Shown: positions 23,301 to 37,160, counted from the stretch's first letter. The stretch: DNA of 64,000 nt from Sphyrna mokarran (GCA_024679065.1 JAGIQG010000002.1:83948001-84012000), one strand, 5' to 3'. The notes: generated by a model from the sequence alone, not told the origin. Numbers and translations are program-made.

Positions 23301-23990
23301 CATTCTTCTAAATGTACCCACGTTACAATGTCATCTAGTTAACAACATGTGCTGTCAATCTGGGCATACGAATATTTCTTTCAAGACATAGCGATCAAAT
23401 CAGGAATTCATTCACACTCACGCGGTAATTTGATCAACCTATCTGAACTAACGCGTTATTAGTTTTGGATCCAAGGACTGAAACCAGAGCCAGTATTCAC
23501 AGTACAGTACAACTGTTAATATGGGGGAAAAAGTTGTTAACAATTGCCGATAGCGTTCTCCAAATTAACAACACAAATTACACCCACAATGGAAGACATG
23601 TCTGAGGCAGTGGGATAATGCCAGTTATGGAAGAGTTAGAAATTGAAATATTAAGGCATGTTGCTGCATCAGCAGAATATGGTGATAATTTTATAAATCG
23701 GTGTTACCAATGGAAAGCCTGAATCAGTGCCGATACAAATCATAAATCGTGGCATACGCTTACTATTACATTTTCATGGGCAGCAAACATCCACGTTTCT
23801 ATTTGCTTTACTATGCCATGCTGCCTATCATCATTGGAAATACATGATTTGCCTTCTTTAAGACTGAGGTCATCCAGTTGAAGATGCAAGGTAGTCTGCT
23901 TCGGTAATATTTTATGTTCAGCCTGCTCACAAGCAACAAGGAAAACATTTAACCTTTCAGAAGGGCACAGGAAGAATTTCTAGTAGATTT

Positions 23991-24276
23991 CATAAAACCT
24001 TTACAGTACAGAAGGAGGCCATTCTGCCCATTGAGTCTGCACTCACCACAATTCCTCCCAGGCTTTATTCCCATAAACCTACATATTTACCCTGCTAATC
24101 CCTGACATTGGATCAATTTATCATGGCCAATCAACCCAACCTGCACATCTTTGGACTGTGGGAGCAAACCACAGTGGGAGAGCATCTGGAAGAAACCCAT
24201 GCAGACATGGGAATTGAACCCGGATTCTTGGCATTGTGACACAACAATGCTAATCACTATGCCACCATGCCACCCT
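23991..24276 (-). mobile_element. HE1-like SINE
   Basis: Same architecture as 1338-1655 (gaaggaggccattc...catctttggactgtgggag...cactatgccaccatgccaccc). Confidence 0.85.
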
Positions 24277-24679
24277 AATTAATAACAAATTGCACTCACA
24301 ATGGAATTGAACCCTGGTCCCAATTATGCTATGAGAAAAAAAAGACTTGTGGACTCTTTGCCTTAAATACGAATGACAAGTGATCTTACAGGTTACTAGA
24401 AATACTAAGCTGAACAAGGAAGGTTAGAGTGGAACCATATTCTGTGTTAAAACCCAACTACATCACAAGGGGACATAGGTACAAGTTGGTATAAAATAAA
24501 ATCAGCATCAATGTCAAGAAGCACATTAGTTCTTGAAATGGCATTCTGGTGGGGTGATGGAAGCAAAAATAGAAGCCATTCAAGAGGCTGTCATAATTTT
24601 CTATGGAACAATTCGATGAGGTAAGTGGTTTTCTTCATTTATATTGATTTAATTGTCATATATTTTGATACATATAAGC

Positions 24680-25052
24680 TTCAGTTTGGCTCAGTTGATA
24701 GCATTAACATTTCTGAGACTGCATGTAATGGATTTCAGCCCTTTCCAGTTCTTGAGGCACAATCTGAACTGATACTTCAGCATTGTATGTAGGGACCATT
24801 ATGGAAGGCTGTGACATTAACCCAAGTTCATTTGCTGATTCAGATGGATGTATAATATCCCTTGTATTATTCAAGAAAGAGCAGTTGTACTGACAAGAAA
24901 ACCGGTAACTGGCCCTTCTTCTTGCTACTGTTGTGAGGGATGGGTATGTGCAAATTGTCTACACATCTACAATTGCAGTTCAGAAGTACATTATTGGATG
25001 TGAAACACAATGGAATGTTGGAAGAGGTGCTATAGTAATAAATCCTTTTTTA
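24680..25052 (+). mobile_element. Degenerate SacSINE1/Deu-type SINE
   Basis: tRNA-like head (tggctcagttgatagca), central cagatggatgta...attattcaagaaagagcag, L2-like tail (ttcagaagtacattattggatgtgaaac...gtgctatag). Confidence 0.6.
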
Positions 25053-25986
25053 ACTTATTTTTGTGATACTACGTTTTCCCTAAGATTACTTAAAACACAT
25101 TCTTGAAATATATAACGAGTTATCATGTTGTTGGCACTTGTTCAATTTAAATAATACTTATAGATGAACAGGCAACAGCAATGAAGTACATTAGTACGAG
25201 GGAGAAATTTACATTCCTCACTGGCAGTTTTGTAGGTGGGGACGAGGCAGGATAGGGTTGTGTGTAAGATTCCTCAGAAGGTCTTGCCATTGTCCTTCAC
25301 TTGCTCCAGGTTCCCCTAAGTTGGCCTGTCCATCCTTGCCTCAACTGAGGCCTTTAAGTGGCCAATTAATGATGACATAAGAGCCATTTCCACTTAGGCT
25401 CAAAGTTTACGCTGAGAGGAAGAGTTCAGTCATGGGGGGCAGCTTCAGAAAGTCACCTTGCATAGGCATTGATTGGGAAGGTGAATACCTCCACTGAAGG
25501 TGTCTTTTAACACTAGCTTTGCCCAGTGTTAGAGGACTACTGTTAGTCCTCCAACAGTACTAAATAAACATACAGGCAGAATTCTTCCGTCAATATCTGC
25601 CAATGCAAATACTCCCTGCACCAGTGACATCTCCATCATCACCCTCGCCTATCTCCACCACCTGACTTTTGCTCAACACTACCAGATCTCACCACCCCTG
25701 AGATCTGATACTTTCCCTGATCTGGACACCGGGCTTTAGATTCAGAGGACTGTTTGTAATCCCAGTCTTGGCCACTGGCTTGTGGTGTAGTTAGGGTTCA
25801 GGAGTTACTGGCCAATCAAATTAGCTGGCAACCCTTTGAGGTAGAACTTCCTCCAGCCAGTTAAGATTCCTCAAAGCATTAAATGGCTGCAAGGCAGCTG
25901 GTATTGGTGATAGTACATTCACCACTGACTCTTCAAGTGGTAGGTCAGGAAACCCCACCATCTGAAAAATCCTGGCCATGCTCATC

Positions 25987-26108
25987 ATGAGATGCTGACA
26001 TTGGACTGGGGTAAACACAGTAAGAAGTCTCAGAACACCAGGTTAACATCTAATCAGTTTTTTTGATGGTAATCCCACAAGCTTTTGGAAATGCTGTTCC
26101 TCATCATC
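25987..26108 (-). mobile_element. Penelope-like terminal fragment (same family as 48045-48233)
   Basis: ttggactggggtaaacacagtaagaagtctca(g/c)aacacca is nearly identical to 48064-48103. Confidence 0.8.
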
Positions 26109-29021
26109 ACAGCTCTGAAATAACAAAAGCATCAATCTTTTTAGGAGCAATTTTCATTAGAGATATTTTAGTTACTTAAAGTGACACAAACATACTATCA
26201 TGACATTCAATTGTCAGAATCCTTCATGAAATAAGCTAACTTCCAGTTTTATGAGCAAAGTCTTGAAAACTAAAAATTTGCTACAATTACCTACCTATTC
26301 GTTATGCACATAAAATGCCATGAGTTTGGTGTGATATCGTTTTTAAACAACTGGTGAACTTTACTGGACATAACATGAGTTGTTTTAAAATTACACTTAA
26401 CGGGTGTCATTGAATCAGTAAATCTGTGAGATTCATCAACAACCAAATTTGTATAGATATATTCCTAAATGTAGTAAAAAAAAGTCATTATGTGCCAAAT
26501 TAAGATAACCTCAACTGAATGTACCAGCACATTATGTGTTCTCACACTTAAATCCAGGTGGCAGGTACATTGTTCAAGCTGTGAGGTGAAATTCTTGTTG
26601 TCATTCATTTAATGATTAAGTAGTTGTGAATATAAAACAATACATTTACATCACCAGTGTTGATTAAACGAGTAAAGTCAGGAATTCTGTTCCCTGATGT
26701 TCTCATCCAAATTCAGTGACCAAGTCCACGTTAGCAGATTGATCTGAAAAATGCTTTTTACATTGCTAAGCCGTTTTACTGCTAATTTACATTTTTTTTG
26801 CAATTATATTTTGAGCATCTGCACACATGGGTATTTAAAGCAATGTATGCCTATTCATCCACAAATCATGCAAACACTAGGATATCCAGAAGACAATGTG
26901 ATAATATGTAGACGATGCAGAGACTGGAGAATGGTCAAGAGAGTATATTGAAATCCATTGGTACACAATGGGATTCTGATTACAGATTCACTGACTATTA
27001 GTCTTAAAATAAATCTAAGGGCTCATTTACCTTTTGACTTGATCCTGAGTTCCAGACAGATTTAGAGGAATAATTTATACTTTATTATAATTGATAATTT
27101 ATACTCCCAAACTTATTCCTGTTTCCATTCTGAAGTTGGTTTTCAAATTCAGTGATGTTCTTACTTTGTGATATCTTAAGGTTGCCAGAGTTTGGAAGCT
27201 CAATACATTCATAATATGATCACAGTGGGTTTCAAAACTAAATATTGGAGTTTCATATTTTACTTTCAAGTACAATTAGAAATAGGACCATATATTGGAT
27301 TTCACATTTACACTACATTTTCAGCACAGAAAGAGCAAACCTGGTGTGCAAAAGTAGTTGTAACCTGAATTAACCAGAAGCAAATTCAAATATTGAATAA
27401 TTTCAGGGCCAAATCAATGCATATTTGGCTTTAGAAAAAGGTGCAAAATCAAAATTAAAAGGACAAGTTTAGTATCTCCATGGTTTTTGTTCTGCTTTTT
27501 ACATGTATTTCATTTTTTTTATCTACTTAACTGATTTACCGTAGAATTCACACCAAAAATTCAGTGATCACACATAGCCCATACTTATATTTAGTAAAAT
27601 CACTTTATTTGTGACATGCAAATGCCATCTATCAGTGTCTATCAGACACATTGCCTGTGATTTCTGTCTTGAAGTCTGAACTCTATTTACACCCATAGCA
27701 AACAGGCAAGTTATTCTTTCCAAGACTATACTTTATTCATAAAATTTGCAAAAGTACAACATAAATCATTTCAATTTAGAAATGAAAGGAAATGACATAG
27801 AATTCGAATTGTCTCCCTACAGCATTTTCCACTCTTCGGTACTCTGCACAAGTGTAATTCTTTTGATATTTACGATATACATTCCATGTCAGGCATACAG
27901 CCTGGAGGCAAAACATTTCAAATTGAACAATTATAATAAGTGCAATAGAATTCAACTTTCCTTCATTCAGCACGTTCCTCTCTGGGGTGCTGGAATACGC
28001 ATTTCAATACTATTTTTGTTTCTGTTTAATGTTAGACACACAGCTTGAGACATTCTATAAATTTGTTTCAAGTTTAATCTTTTAGCAGTAGATCTTATTT
28101 TCTTGTCTATTTTTTATTGATGAGTTTTTTACACTGGGAACTTTGATCAGATAACACACTTTCCTGTATTAGTACTATTACAGAGTTGCAAATATAACTG
28201 AAGCACTAATAACATTGGATGTAATTGGACGAAGGATGAACATTGCTACGGCTCAGCTGCAAGTTCATAGCAAATGAAAATTTGCAGCTGTAGTATGGAC
28301 TACTGTGATGCAAATGAGACTGGTGTAAATAACAGTAGTCTGATTCTCATCCCCAGTCATTTCCTGCTCTATGGAAAACTGCACTGCATGCATTGGACTG
28401 GCAATCTGATTCTATCCAGTGCAAAAAGTGGAAGGGCTAGAAGTGAGACTAAATGCAGAGAAATTGTTATCAGTTTGGATCAACTTGATTTGAACTAATT
28501 ATTTGTTGTAAATGGGACTTAAGAAAGAAGTCTGCTAATTTTATGTCAGTTGAAAAGATTACTTACCTTCCTGTCAATCCTTCGTGCCAGTCTTGTTCCC
28601 CGTTGTGCTGTTGTAGAGAAAAATCATTTGTAATTATGTGCAATTTTGGCACTGGGGAAGTAACATCATGGCTCTTTTGTACAAAGAATTGTGGGTCCTG
28701 TGACAAACTCGACAGCCTCATGCTGTAGCCACAATTTTTAAATGTCCTAATTGTTTACAGTGCTGCGTGAAAGTGTCACAATAAAACATTGAAATGTAGC
28801 ATTGAAAACAATCACCAAGATGTTGAATTTTCTCCTCGCAGCAGGAGCCCTTAGATTTAAGGGAAGATTTTAACTCACAGCAGGAAGCTGGCGGCAAATG
28901 TGGTTTCTCATTCAGGAGCTATTGTGGGAGGCCTGGTCCATTTTAACAATTGGGCCTCATGAGCATTCTGCCAGTCAGCTACCTACAGAAACAGAGGTCC
29001 AGAGACAGTTCGCTGGCTTGG

Positions 29022-29735
29022 ACCGTAGAATCATTGAATGTTTATAGCTCAGAAGGATGCCATTTGGCCCATCATATCGATGCTGGAACTCTGCCTTGCC
29101 CAATAGCCCTGTGTTTTTTTCTTCTCAGGAAATTATCTCCAATTGAAACAGGCCCCTGCCTGCATTAGATTCTCAAGCAGTGCGTTCCAGATCCTAACCA
29201 TTCACTAAGTAAAACAATCTTTCCTTATGTTGCTGTTGCTTCATATGCCAGTCATGTGAAATCAGTGCCTCTGCTGTTGATTCTTCTAACAATGGGAACA
29301 GCTTTTCTCTAACTACTGTGTCCATACTACTCATGATTTTGAATACCTCTATTAAATCACTTCTTATCTTCTCTATCCAAGGAGAACAGACCAAGCTTTG
29401 CCAATTTATCATGTAATTGAAGGTTGTCATCCTTTGAACAACTCTTGTGAATCTTTTCCACACCCTCCCTAATGCCATCACATTCTTCCTGAAGTTTGGT
29501 GCCTTGAATTGGAAACAGTGCTCCAGTTGAGGTAGGTTTAGCATAACATCCTTGTTTTTGTTCTCTTTGCTGCTCTTCATAAAACACTGAATCCTACACA
29601 CTTTACTATTCACTTTCTCACCTTACCCTAACAACTTCACTGAGTTGTGTTCATACACCTGCAGTTTCTTCAGTTGCTGCATTCTATTTACAATTGTATG
29701 CTTTGTTTTATATTGCCTCGCCTCATTCTTCCTAC
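29022..29735 (-). mobile_element. Degenerate CR1/HER1 LINE 3' fragment
   Basis: ORFs 29194-29613 and 29357-29587 carry CR1 ORF2 C-terminal motifs (PQLEHCFQF..P.FRKNV.AL.RV.KRFTR; KLGLFSL; RSDLIEVFKIM), frameshifted. Confidence 0.85.
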
Positions 29736-31009
29736 CATGAGATCTATGAAGATTAGGCCACCAGGCCAGCAGTCTAGTAAGTATTGGGAGAGAGTTTTCC
29801 GTGTAGATCTCATAGATCCCAAGAGTGCCAACTGATCTAATTTTCTTTGTGAGGTCCAAGTGATGAGAAATCTGACAAAACAAAAATATCATACTTAAAA
29901 TACCAAGATTTTGCAGGGTGTCTGATAAATTTTACTCAGAAATTCAGCGCCATTACAATTACATCAGGGTTGCATCTAGTTAATAGCAGCCCAATTTGTA
30001 TATATTTATAATGCTACACTTTGTTGAAGAAAAGACCAACATTAAAATTGTCACAGAATGGAAATTACATGACAAATAATTAGCTCAGATTTCAGTTTCC
30101 ACCGCCCCCCCAGTTTTTTTTACGAGGAAGGAGTTAAAATGACATCCTTATATTCAAAGATATGATCATTAAATACGCTTTATTGTTAACATTGTACTTC
30201 TTACGCTACAAATTTGGAGAGCATTGTTTCAACTTGATAGAAATGTTTGCATTCCTTTCCTAATCTAAATTAGCACCAAAGACAAAGAAAAAATTCACAG
30301 TTTCAATAAGCTGTAATGCCTTCAATCAATATTGAAATTTGTTTTCTAATTATAACAAACTACATTTATCTGTTTTTCAATTTTAATATTGTATCTTAAC
30401 ACAGAAACATTTTGCTGTAATCAGCAAAGTTTCACATGCTTGTACATTAAAATATATCTTTTCAAATTATTATTCCTCTGAATTTCTCTAAAATATTACA
30501 TTATTTTTTGACTATGGTCTTTTGTCATTGTCATTTCCATCCTCCACCCCTCATCTTTTCTGAAGGTGCTGATTTATGCTGTGTTATAACTCCACAGCAA
30601 TAACTTGTCCAACTGTGCTTCAGGCCATTCTTTGTATGTGATCCCAGATAGTGAGCATTGGCAAGCTGTGCAATACAATCGGGGCTGGATTGGTTTTGCT
30701 GCCAGTAGTAGCTCATAGTGGGATTTTAATCTTCCTGCCATGACTGACCAGATTTCCTTAGACGTGTCTAATTATACATAAAAGATGGCTCCACACAGAG
30801 ACTCTGCCACACAGAGGGAACCTAACAGTAATAGTCAGAACAACCTGACAGCACTGCAATGTGATGTTCGAAAGAGGGAGAGACAAAATTGAAAGGGACA
30901 AGGGCAACCCAAAGATTTATCAGATTCTTAAAACACTGGAAAATATTAATGATTAGAATATTTTCTGGTGCAGGAAGCAGTAGACAAGAAGATTCGGCCA
31001 CACCCAAGC

Positions 31010-31185
31010 TTTTACATAGAAATGTAAGAGAAGGAGCAGGCCATTTGCTCTTACAAGCCTGCTTCTCCATTCAATGAGATTATGGCTGACCTGATGTGGC
31101 CTCAACCCTCTTTCTGCCTGCCTCTGTAACTTTTGACTTCCTTGTAAATCAAAATTATTCCCAAAAATTTATCCTGATAATCTTC
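31010..31185 (-). mobile_element. CR1 LINE 3' end fragment
   Basis: catagaaatgtaagagaaggagcaggccatt...ccattcaatgagattatggctgacctg. Confidence 0.7.
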
Positions 31186-32049
31186 CACATCATCAACTTG
31201 AAATTTAGTGTAATTTTAGCCCCAAAATGGGTGGCTTTGGGTTTGGGTAAATGATTACATTTATAAAATTTCAAACTGACTCTAATCGACCTGAAACCAA
31301 CCCATTTCCAAATTTTATTAATAAAATTAATAATAAGAGTTGGGGCTCCAATATGCTCTCTCGAAGCAATGAGGTTTGTAATGGAATGGAGGCTGCATTC
31401 TTTCATTCAACAAATAATTTATTTTCACCGAATGAAGCCACGGTAACCAGGAGGCAAAATGAAGTGTGTCGGATTGGATCCATCAGGTAAATCCCTTTCC
31501 AGTATTATGGTTGGACCACGAGTGGAAGTATTTACCCCAAGCTCAACAAGCTACTTACCTAGCTCCACAATCACCAAATTTGCCCCACCATCATATTGCC
31601 TCCACTGACCATCATTTCTCTACCTGCCCATTACCATCTTGTCCCACTCCCTACAATTATGGTTTCACCCTAACTGACCATCCTTAGAACCCCCAACTCC
31701 TCCACCAAATGTAACCATCTTCCTGCCATAAATACCCCTCACAGCATATCTCTACTTCCCCATTAACAGACCCCTTCTGCTCCCAACAGTGATCTCTCCT
31801 TGCCTCCCTATTAAGATGAATGCTCTCTGTTAAGATGAATTGTTCTACTGTATGTGCATCAGTCTGATAGGTAACCACACTATCGATAAGGTATATTATC
31901 AGGCAGGAAACACACAGCAAAAAACAAAGAGATATCCAAAGTTGAAAGGATATCTGGTATTTTTGTCTTTTTCATCCATAACTTCACCATCTCTCCCTCT
32001 CCCCGCCCCCCTACAGCCCCCCACCCCTTACTGTCCAATAAAATTTGGG

Positions 32050-32127
32050 GTCATTAATTTTGAACTCTTCTGTCTCCACAGATGCTGCCTGACCTGCTGA
32101 GTATTACCAACATTTTCTGTTTTTTCT
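32050..32127 (+). mobile_element. Penelope-like terminal fragment (second family)
   Basis: ctccacagatgctgcctgacctgctgagtattaccaacattttctgttttt, a very common shark repeat end (recalled). The family assignment is inference. Confidence 0.55.
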
Positions 32128-33379
32128 ATCTTACCTGCCTCTAATTTGCACAACAGGAGCTCCACTATAATTATACATGACACACATGACAAGAATGCCA
32201 CAAGCATAATAAATAAAGTGAATGAGTCGGAAGTTATAATAAATTAGGATCTGTGAGCTACTGTAGTAATCCTGAAGCCTGACTAAAGGAAAGTGATAGA
32301 ATCAATTTTAATAGAGAGTAGAAGTGAGTGGTTGCAGGTTTGTGAGTTAGCAGCACACCTAGATTATATCACCAACACAAAAGCTTGATGCTTTTTACTA
32401 TTTTATAATATGATTGGCAACTCACCTGCTCAACCATTTAACACAATTTCCAATGGGGGCCCTGAGGCAACATTCTTGTATCTCTTAATGGAAGAGTGTT
32501 ATCACTAAATTTGCACACATTTTTAATAATTGGGTGTATGATCCTTCTAAATGTTTGGATATAGTATTCCCATATCTTCCTAGAGCTGTCATCAGCAGAA
32601 ATCAGAACGAAGAGACAAGTACTTGTATCACTAAATGGGAAGGAGAATCCTGAGAGTCTTGATCAGAAAGCCGACATGTTATCATTGCTGTGGGTTATAA
32701 ATAGGGTTGTTCATGATTGTGGCTTATAGATATTGCTAGGGGCAAGGCTACTAGTAAATTATCAATGTACAATACAGACATAACATAAGACTCTACGTGG
32801 AATTATCTTCTTCCATTCTCCGTTGTCATGTCTTATGACCCTGATCATATAGACTTCATATTTAATATTAATCCTTTATATTGCAGCTAGAACAAAGGTG
32901 AAACATGAAGTGAACTGTAAGAGAATCATTCAAATAGTCTGGATCCAGTGTAGTTAGTGATTAAATGATCTCATAACATCAGCAGCATACAAATATTCCT
33001 TTGCCTATATTTTGTATTGCGTGACTGCATCAGAAGACCATTTCACCCATCAAATCTATTCCTGCTGCTCTGACTTGTATCTGTTATCACTAGGAAATCT
33101 GTTGTGACGGTATGTCACATTCACCTGTCTACAAAATTAACATAGATCAGATAAAATGTAGAATTTAGAAAATGGATTGGGTGTGAATACCACAAAGACA
33201 AAACAAATTTTACCTTGTCAAGTTTTGTTTGGAGACAAAAGTTTGTCTCCACATTGAGGATATCTTCTACCATGTTGTGTGGCACTTTCACCGTGCTAAG
33301 TGAAATAAATTTTGATCAGATCCAACAATGCAGCTCAGGGCATACGTGGAGCACTCTAGACCACCAGCAGCAAGAGAAC

Positions 33380-34128
33380 TGTATTCAACCACAATCTGTA
33401 AACTCATTCACTGGCATATCTCCACACTACCATTACCATCAAGAGCAGCATCAAACATGAGTAAAATAGTGTGTCAACCTGGTGACGTTGCAACATAGAA
33501 CTATTTTCATGTGAATCAATAGAAGCAGCATGTGGTAATAGAAGTTAAGCAATTCCATAGCCAACAGGTCAGACTTAAGCAATGAACCCTGCCATATCCA
33601 GTTGCAAATGATGACAGACAATTAAACAACTAACCAGAAGAGGAAGCTCCAAAATAGCCCTATCCTCAATGATGGGAGAGCTCAGCATATCAGCGTAAAA
33701 GACAAGGCACAGGATTCTTCAACTGTTCATGCCAGCACAATTTTCTGGTCCTGCTGCAGTGAATGGGGATTTGGCTGAACTCCAAGTTCTCCACCCTCAC
33801 TGACAGTGACAGTAGGACTGAATGGCTGGAGAAATCCAACTAAGGTTGAAGCATTTGCAACAACTTTGAGCCAGAAGTACCAAGTGGATGATTCATTTTA
33901 GCCTCTTCTGAGTTTGCATCATCACAGGCATCAGTCTTCAGCCAATTTGATTCATTCCATTTATATTAAGAATCAGCTGAAGATACTGGACACTGCAAGG
34001 TTATGGACCCTGGCAATATTCCAGCAGTAGTTTGAAGACTTGTGCTCCAAAATTAACACACCCCTCGCTTGTATAGCCAAAATACTGGCATCTATGCTAC
34101 AATATAAAAAGTTGCCCAGGTGTAACCT
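33380..34128 (+). mobile_element. Degenerate CR1/L2-group LINE ORF2 fragment interrupted by a MITE at ~33709-33840
   Basis: The LINE motif aaagacaagg|..|ttgaagcatttgcaac is split by a ~130 bp insert flanked by caa/taa. Confidence 0.6.
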
Positions 34129-34859
34129 TGCAAAGAGTCATAGCAAGACTGGGGAGCAGCAGAGTTCTAGAAACCATTAAATCAGAATCAGAAAAAGTGA
34201 ATATAAGGGTAAACTAGAAAAAATTGTCATGTTTTGAAGACATTAAAGAAACCATAACCTGTTTAAATCAAGATTTTTTTACACAATTAAGAAATGGACC
34301 TTTCTCAATCAAATGATGGCTGCCACAGGACACCTGATGCACAAGTTGGCAATTTCCAACAGTAATTATAGGACAAAAGTTCAATCTCATCCTTGTAGAA
34401 TCTCATATCTCCTATTGTGTGGACAAATTATAATCAACAAGGGCAGGGACCAGCAGGCTTCCTGCCTGCACAGACAAGTCATATTACAAAGGAAGCACCA
34501 TCAAAACCCGTTATATGGCCAGAAGCAATAAAAGCCATCATCCATCTCCCACAATGGATAATGGATTTTGACCAGAGGTGTAGAAACTACTTGTTAGCCT
34601 GCAGCTGACTTATGAATGGGCATCATATCATGTGACCTAAGCTTCTTTGGAAAGTTTTTAATACTGCATTTTTATAATTGCTACTGAGTTTGTTGTTTAA
34701 ACACCAGCCTACAAATTTTAAAGCAGGTCTCCAGGCTGACCAACAGTAGGCATTAAGTCTAAGCTTGTTTTAATGGCAGGTTCTTGCCTACACCTGCTGA
34801 GCAGACCAAATCTCTCTGTACCAACTTCAAGTTTCTGTACCCCCATTAACTTCAACAAA

Positions 34860-35180
34860 ATTCAGCAAATCCTGCTTCAATAGCCGAATCTGCCTGAAAT
34901 ACTTATTTTCAAGTCCCTTCATGGCCTCTGCCCCCTTCCCCCCATCTCTTCAATCACTTCCTGCCCCATAATTCCCCAAGATACCTGAGCTCCTCTCATT
35001 TTGCCTTGTGTACAGTCTATTGCTCCACTCTTGGCATTCATGGCTTCATCTTTCCCAATCCTAAATTCTGGAATATCCCCCCTCTCCCAAAACTTATTTT
35101 CCTCTATATTTTGCATTCATCTTTTAAAACACTTCTTATAACCTACCTCTTTGACTGAGATTTTTGTTCATCTGACTTAA
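34860..35180 (+). mobile_element. L2-type LINE 3' fragment
   Basis: Reverse-complement similarity to 45408-45900 (ccctaaattctggaat...cttttaaaac..ttcttataacctacctctttgac). Confidence 0.55.
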
Positions 35181-35390
35181 TGGCTAGAATTCTCTGGTCA
35201 TTCGTGTCAGTGCAATTTTGTGGTCCTGACAGTAGCACACCCCCGCCTGTGAGTTTCCCAGTGACATGGGGTATCTTTTGTGGGAAATCCTGTTAACAAC
35301 AGCAGGATTATAGAATCTTGCCCCCAGCAAATAATATGCTGCCTTCTACTGCCAAGAAACATGCGGCTGGGAGGCTAGACAATCCACCCC
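35181..35390. mobile_element. Non-autonomous DNA-transposon-like element (MITE, PIF/Harbinger-like)
   Basis: Begins taa|tggctagaattctctgg and ends ggctagacaatccacccc: imperfect terminal inverted repeats. Confidence 0.45.
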
Positions 35391-36532
35391 CACCCCCACC
35401 ACCACCTCCCCCATTCCCCCCATCTCCCGAATCTCCTAGTTTTATGGCCCATTGTTGTACATTGATTCATAATGGTTTTGTGAATGATCTTTCATTATTT
35501 TCATTTTTCTATAGAAATATAAGCTGTGGTTGTTGTTGTAAATAAATGGTTTAAATTGTGCATCGGTAATGCTGGCACATTTTGCCTCGTGTATTTGGCG
35601 CTGCTGGCATACAGAAGGGACTTCTCCCAGGATTTCCATGCTCCCCTTATTTGCATGCAGCTGTACATTCTCAGCCTAAATTCTTTCATGGTCTGGAGTG
35701 CAGAAGTTAGGATTTTCTGGATAAGAGTAGAAATGTTCTTAAAGTGGCATCTTCACTTTCCATTGGCAGCAAATTATGCATTTTCTGCTGTGTTTTGTGC
35801 TGAGACGGCACAGATGATTTGTTCATCTCAACGGGTCATGCTGACAGGCTATGAGTTTTGAATGGTGGAGCCCAGCAGTAAAGTTGGAACCAAAGAAAAC
35901 ACCATAAATAAACATTTAATCCAAAGAGACAAGTAAAGGTGCAATGCCAAGAAATGAAAACTGACAAAAATAACATAAGGACTAATCTCATCAAAGGATT
36001 GCAGGTATCTGCTTTGCTCCAACAGTTAAATGCACATCACAGTTCTGGCACTGAGATTGCATTTGATCAGAATTCCCAGAACATCAACATTGGCCCCCAG
36101 CAGACCCCAAATGAATACTATAATGATGTTTGTGGCATGCAATGGTGCCAGCCTCCTGTGCACACTTTTCACATCCAGGGGTAACACCAGGGCAAAAGTA
36201 AATTGGCTACATTGGCTCAGATCCCAGTTTCTGCTCCCTCTGCATGTCTGTGCTACCATAGGAATGAAATTTCAGTTGTAAGTAAATTCTTTGTTTCAAT
36301 TATGCCAGGTTTCTAATACATGTAAAGATTCTCATAGTTTATGATAGGCAAGCAATTTCTCGAGTATCTTACATCTTTGTAACACAACCTCTTATATGAC
36401 TTCTTTATTCTCTTTATCAATGGATGGTTTGCACTGTTTAAACTCAAAAGTAGAAATTTCATTTGATTCATGATATGCAGGAATTATCCAAAGTTGATAA
36501 ATTTACATTTTTGAAATACGTCACATTTTGTA

Positions 36533-37160
36533 CAAGAACAAGAACAAAGAATAAAGAACAGTGCAGTGCAGAAATAGGCCCTTCAGCCCACCCAGTCTGT
36601 GCGAACACAGTTGTCTTTCTAATTGAACATTGTCTTGCCTCTATGGGGTCCATATCTCTCTATTCCCTGCCTATTCATGTTTCCATCCAGATGCCTCTTC
36701 AACTTTGTTATAGAATCTGCTTCCACCAGCTCATCTAGCAGCTTGTTCCAGGTATTCACCACCCTCTGGGTGAAAAACTTGTCCCATACATCACTTTTAA
36801 ATTTTCCCTCTCTCACTTTCAACCTATGCCCCTGAACAATTGACCCATTGATCCTGGGAAAAAGACTCTGACTATCCATTTTATCCAAACCAGTCATAAT
36901 CTTGTAAACCTCTATCAAGTCCCCCCTCATTCTCCAATACTTTAATGAAAACAATCCAAGTTTGTTCAACCTTTCTTCATAGTATGCCATACACCTTCTT
37001 GATAATGAGTTGCCACCTGAGTTGTCACCTTCTGAGAACTGTGGATCTGAATACCTAGATCTCTTTGTATGCTGATATTTTTAAGATCTCTACCATTTAC
37101 TGTATACTTTATTTCTGCAGTAGACCTTACGAATCACATCACTATACATTTGTGTGGATA
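36533..37160 (-). mobile_element. CR1/HER1 LINE 3' fragment
   Basis: ORF 36619-36990: YEERLNKLGLFSL..RMRGDLIEVYKIM...GHRLKV...FFTQRVVNTWNKL; (TTCTTG)n tail at ~36533-36556. Confidence 0.92.
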
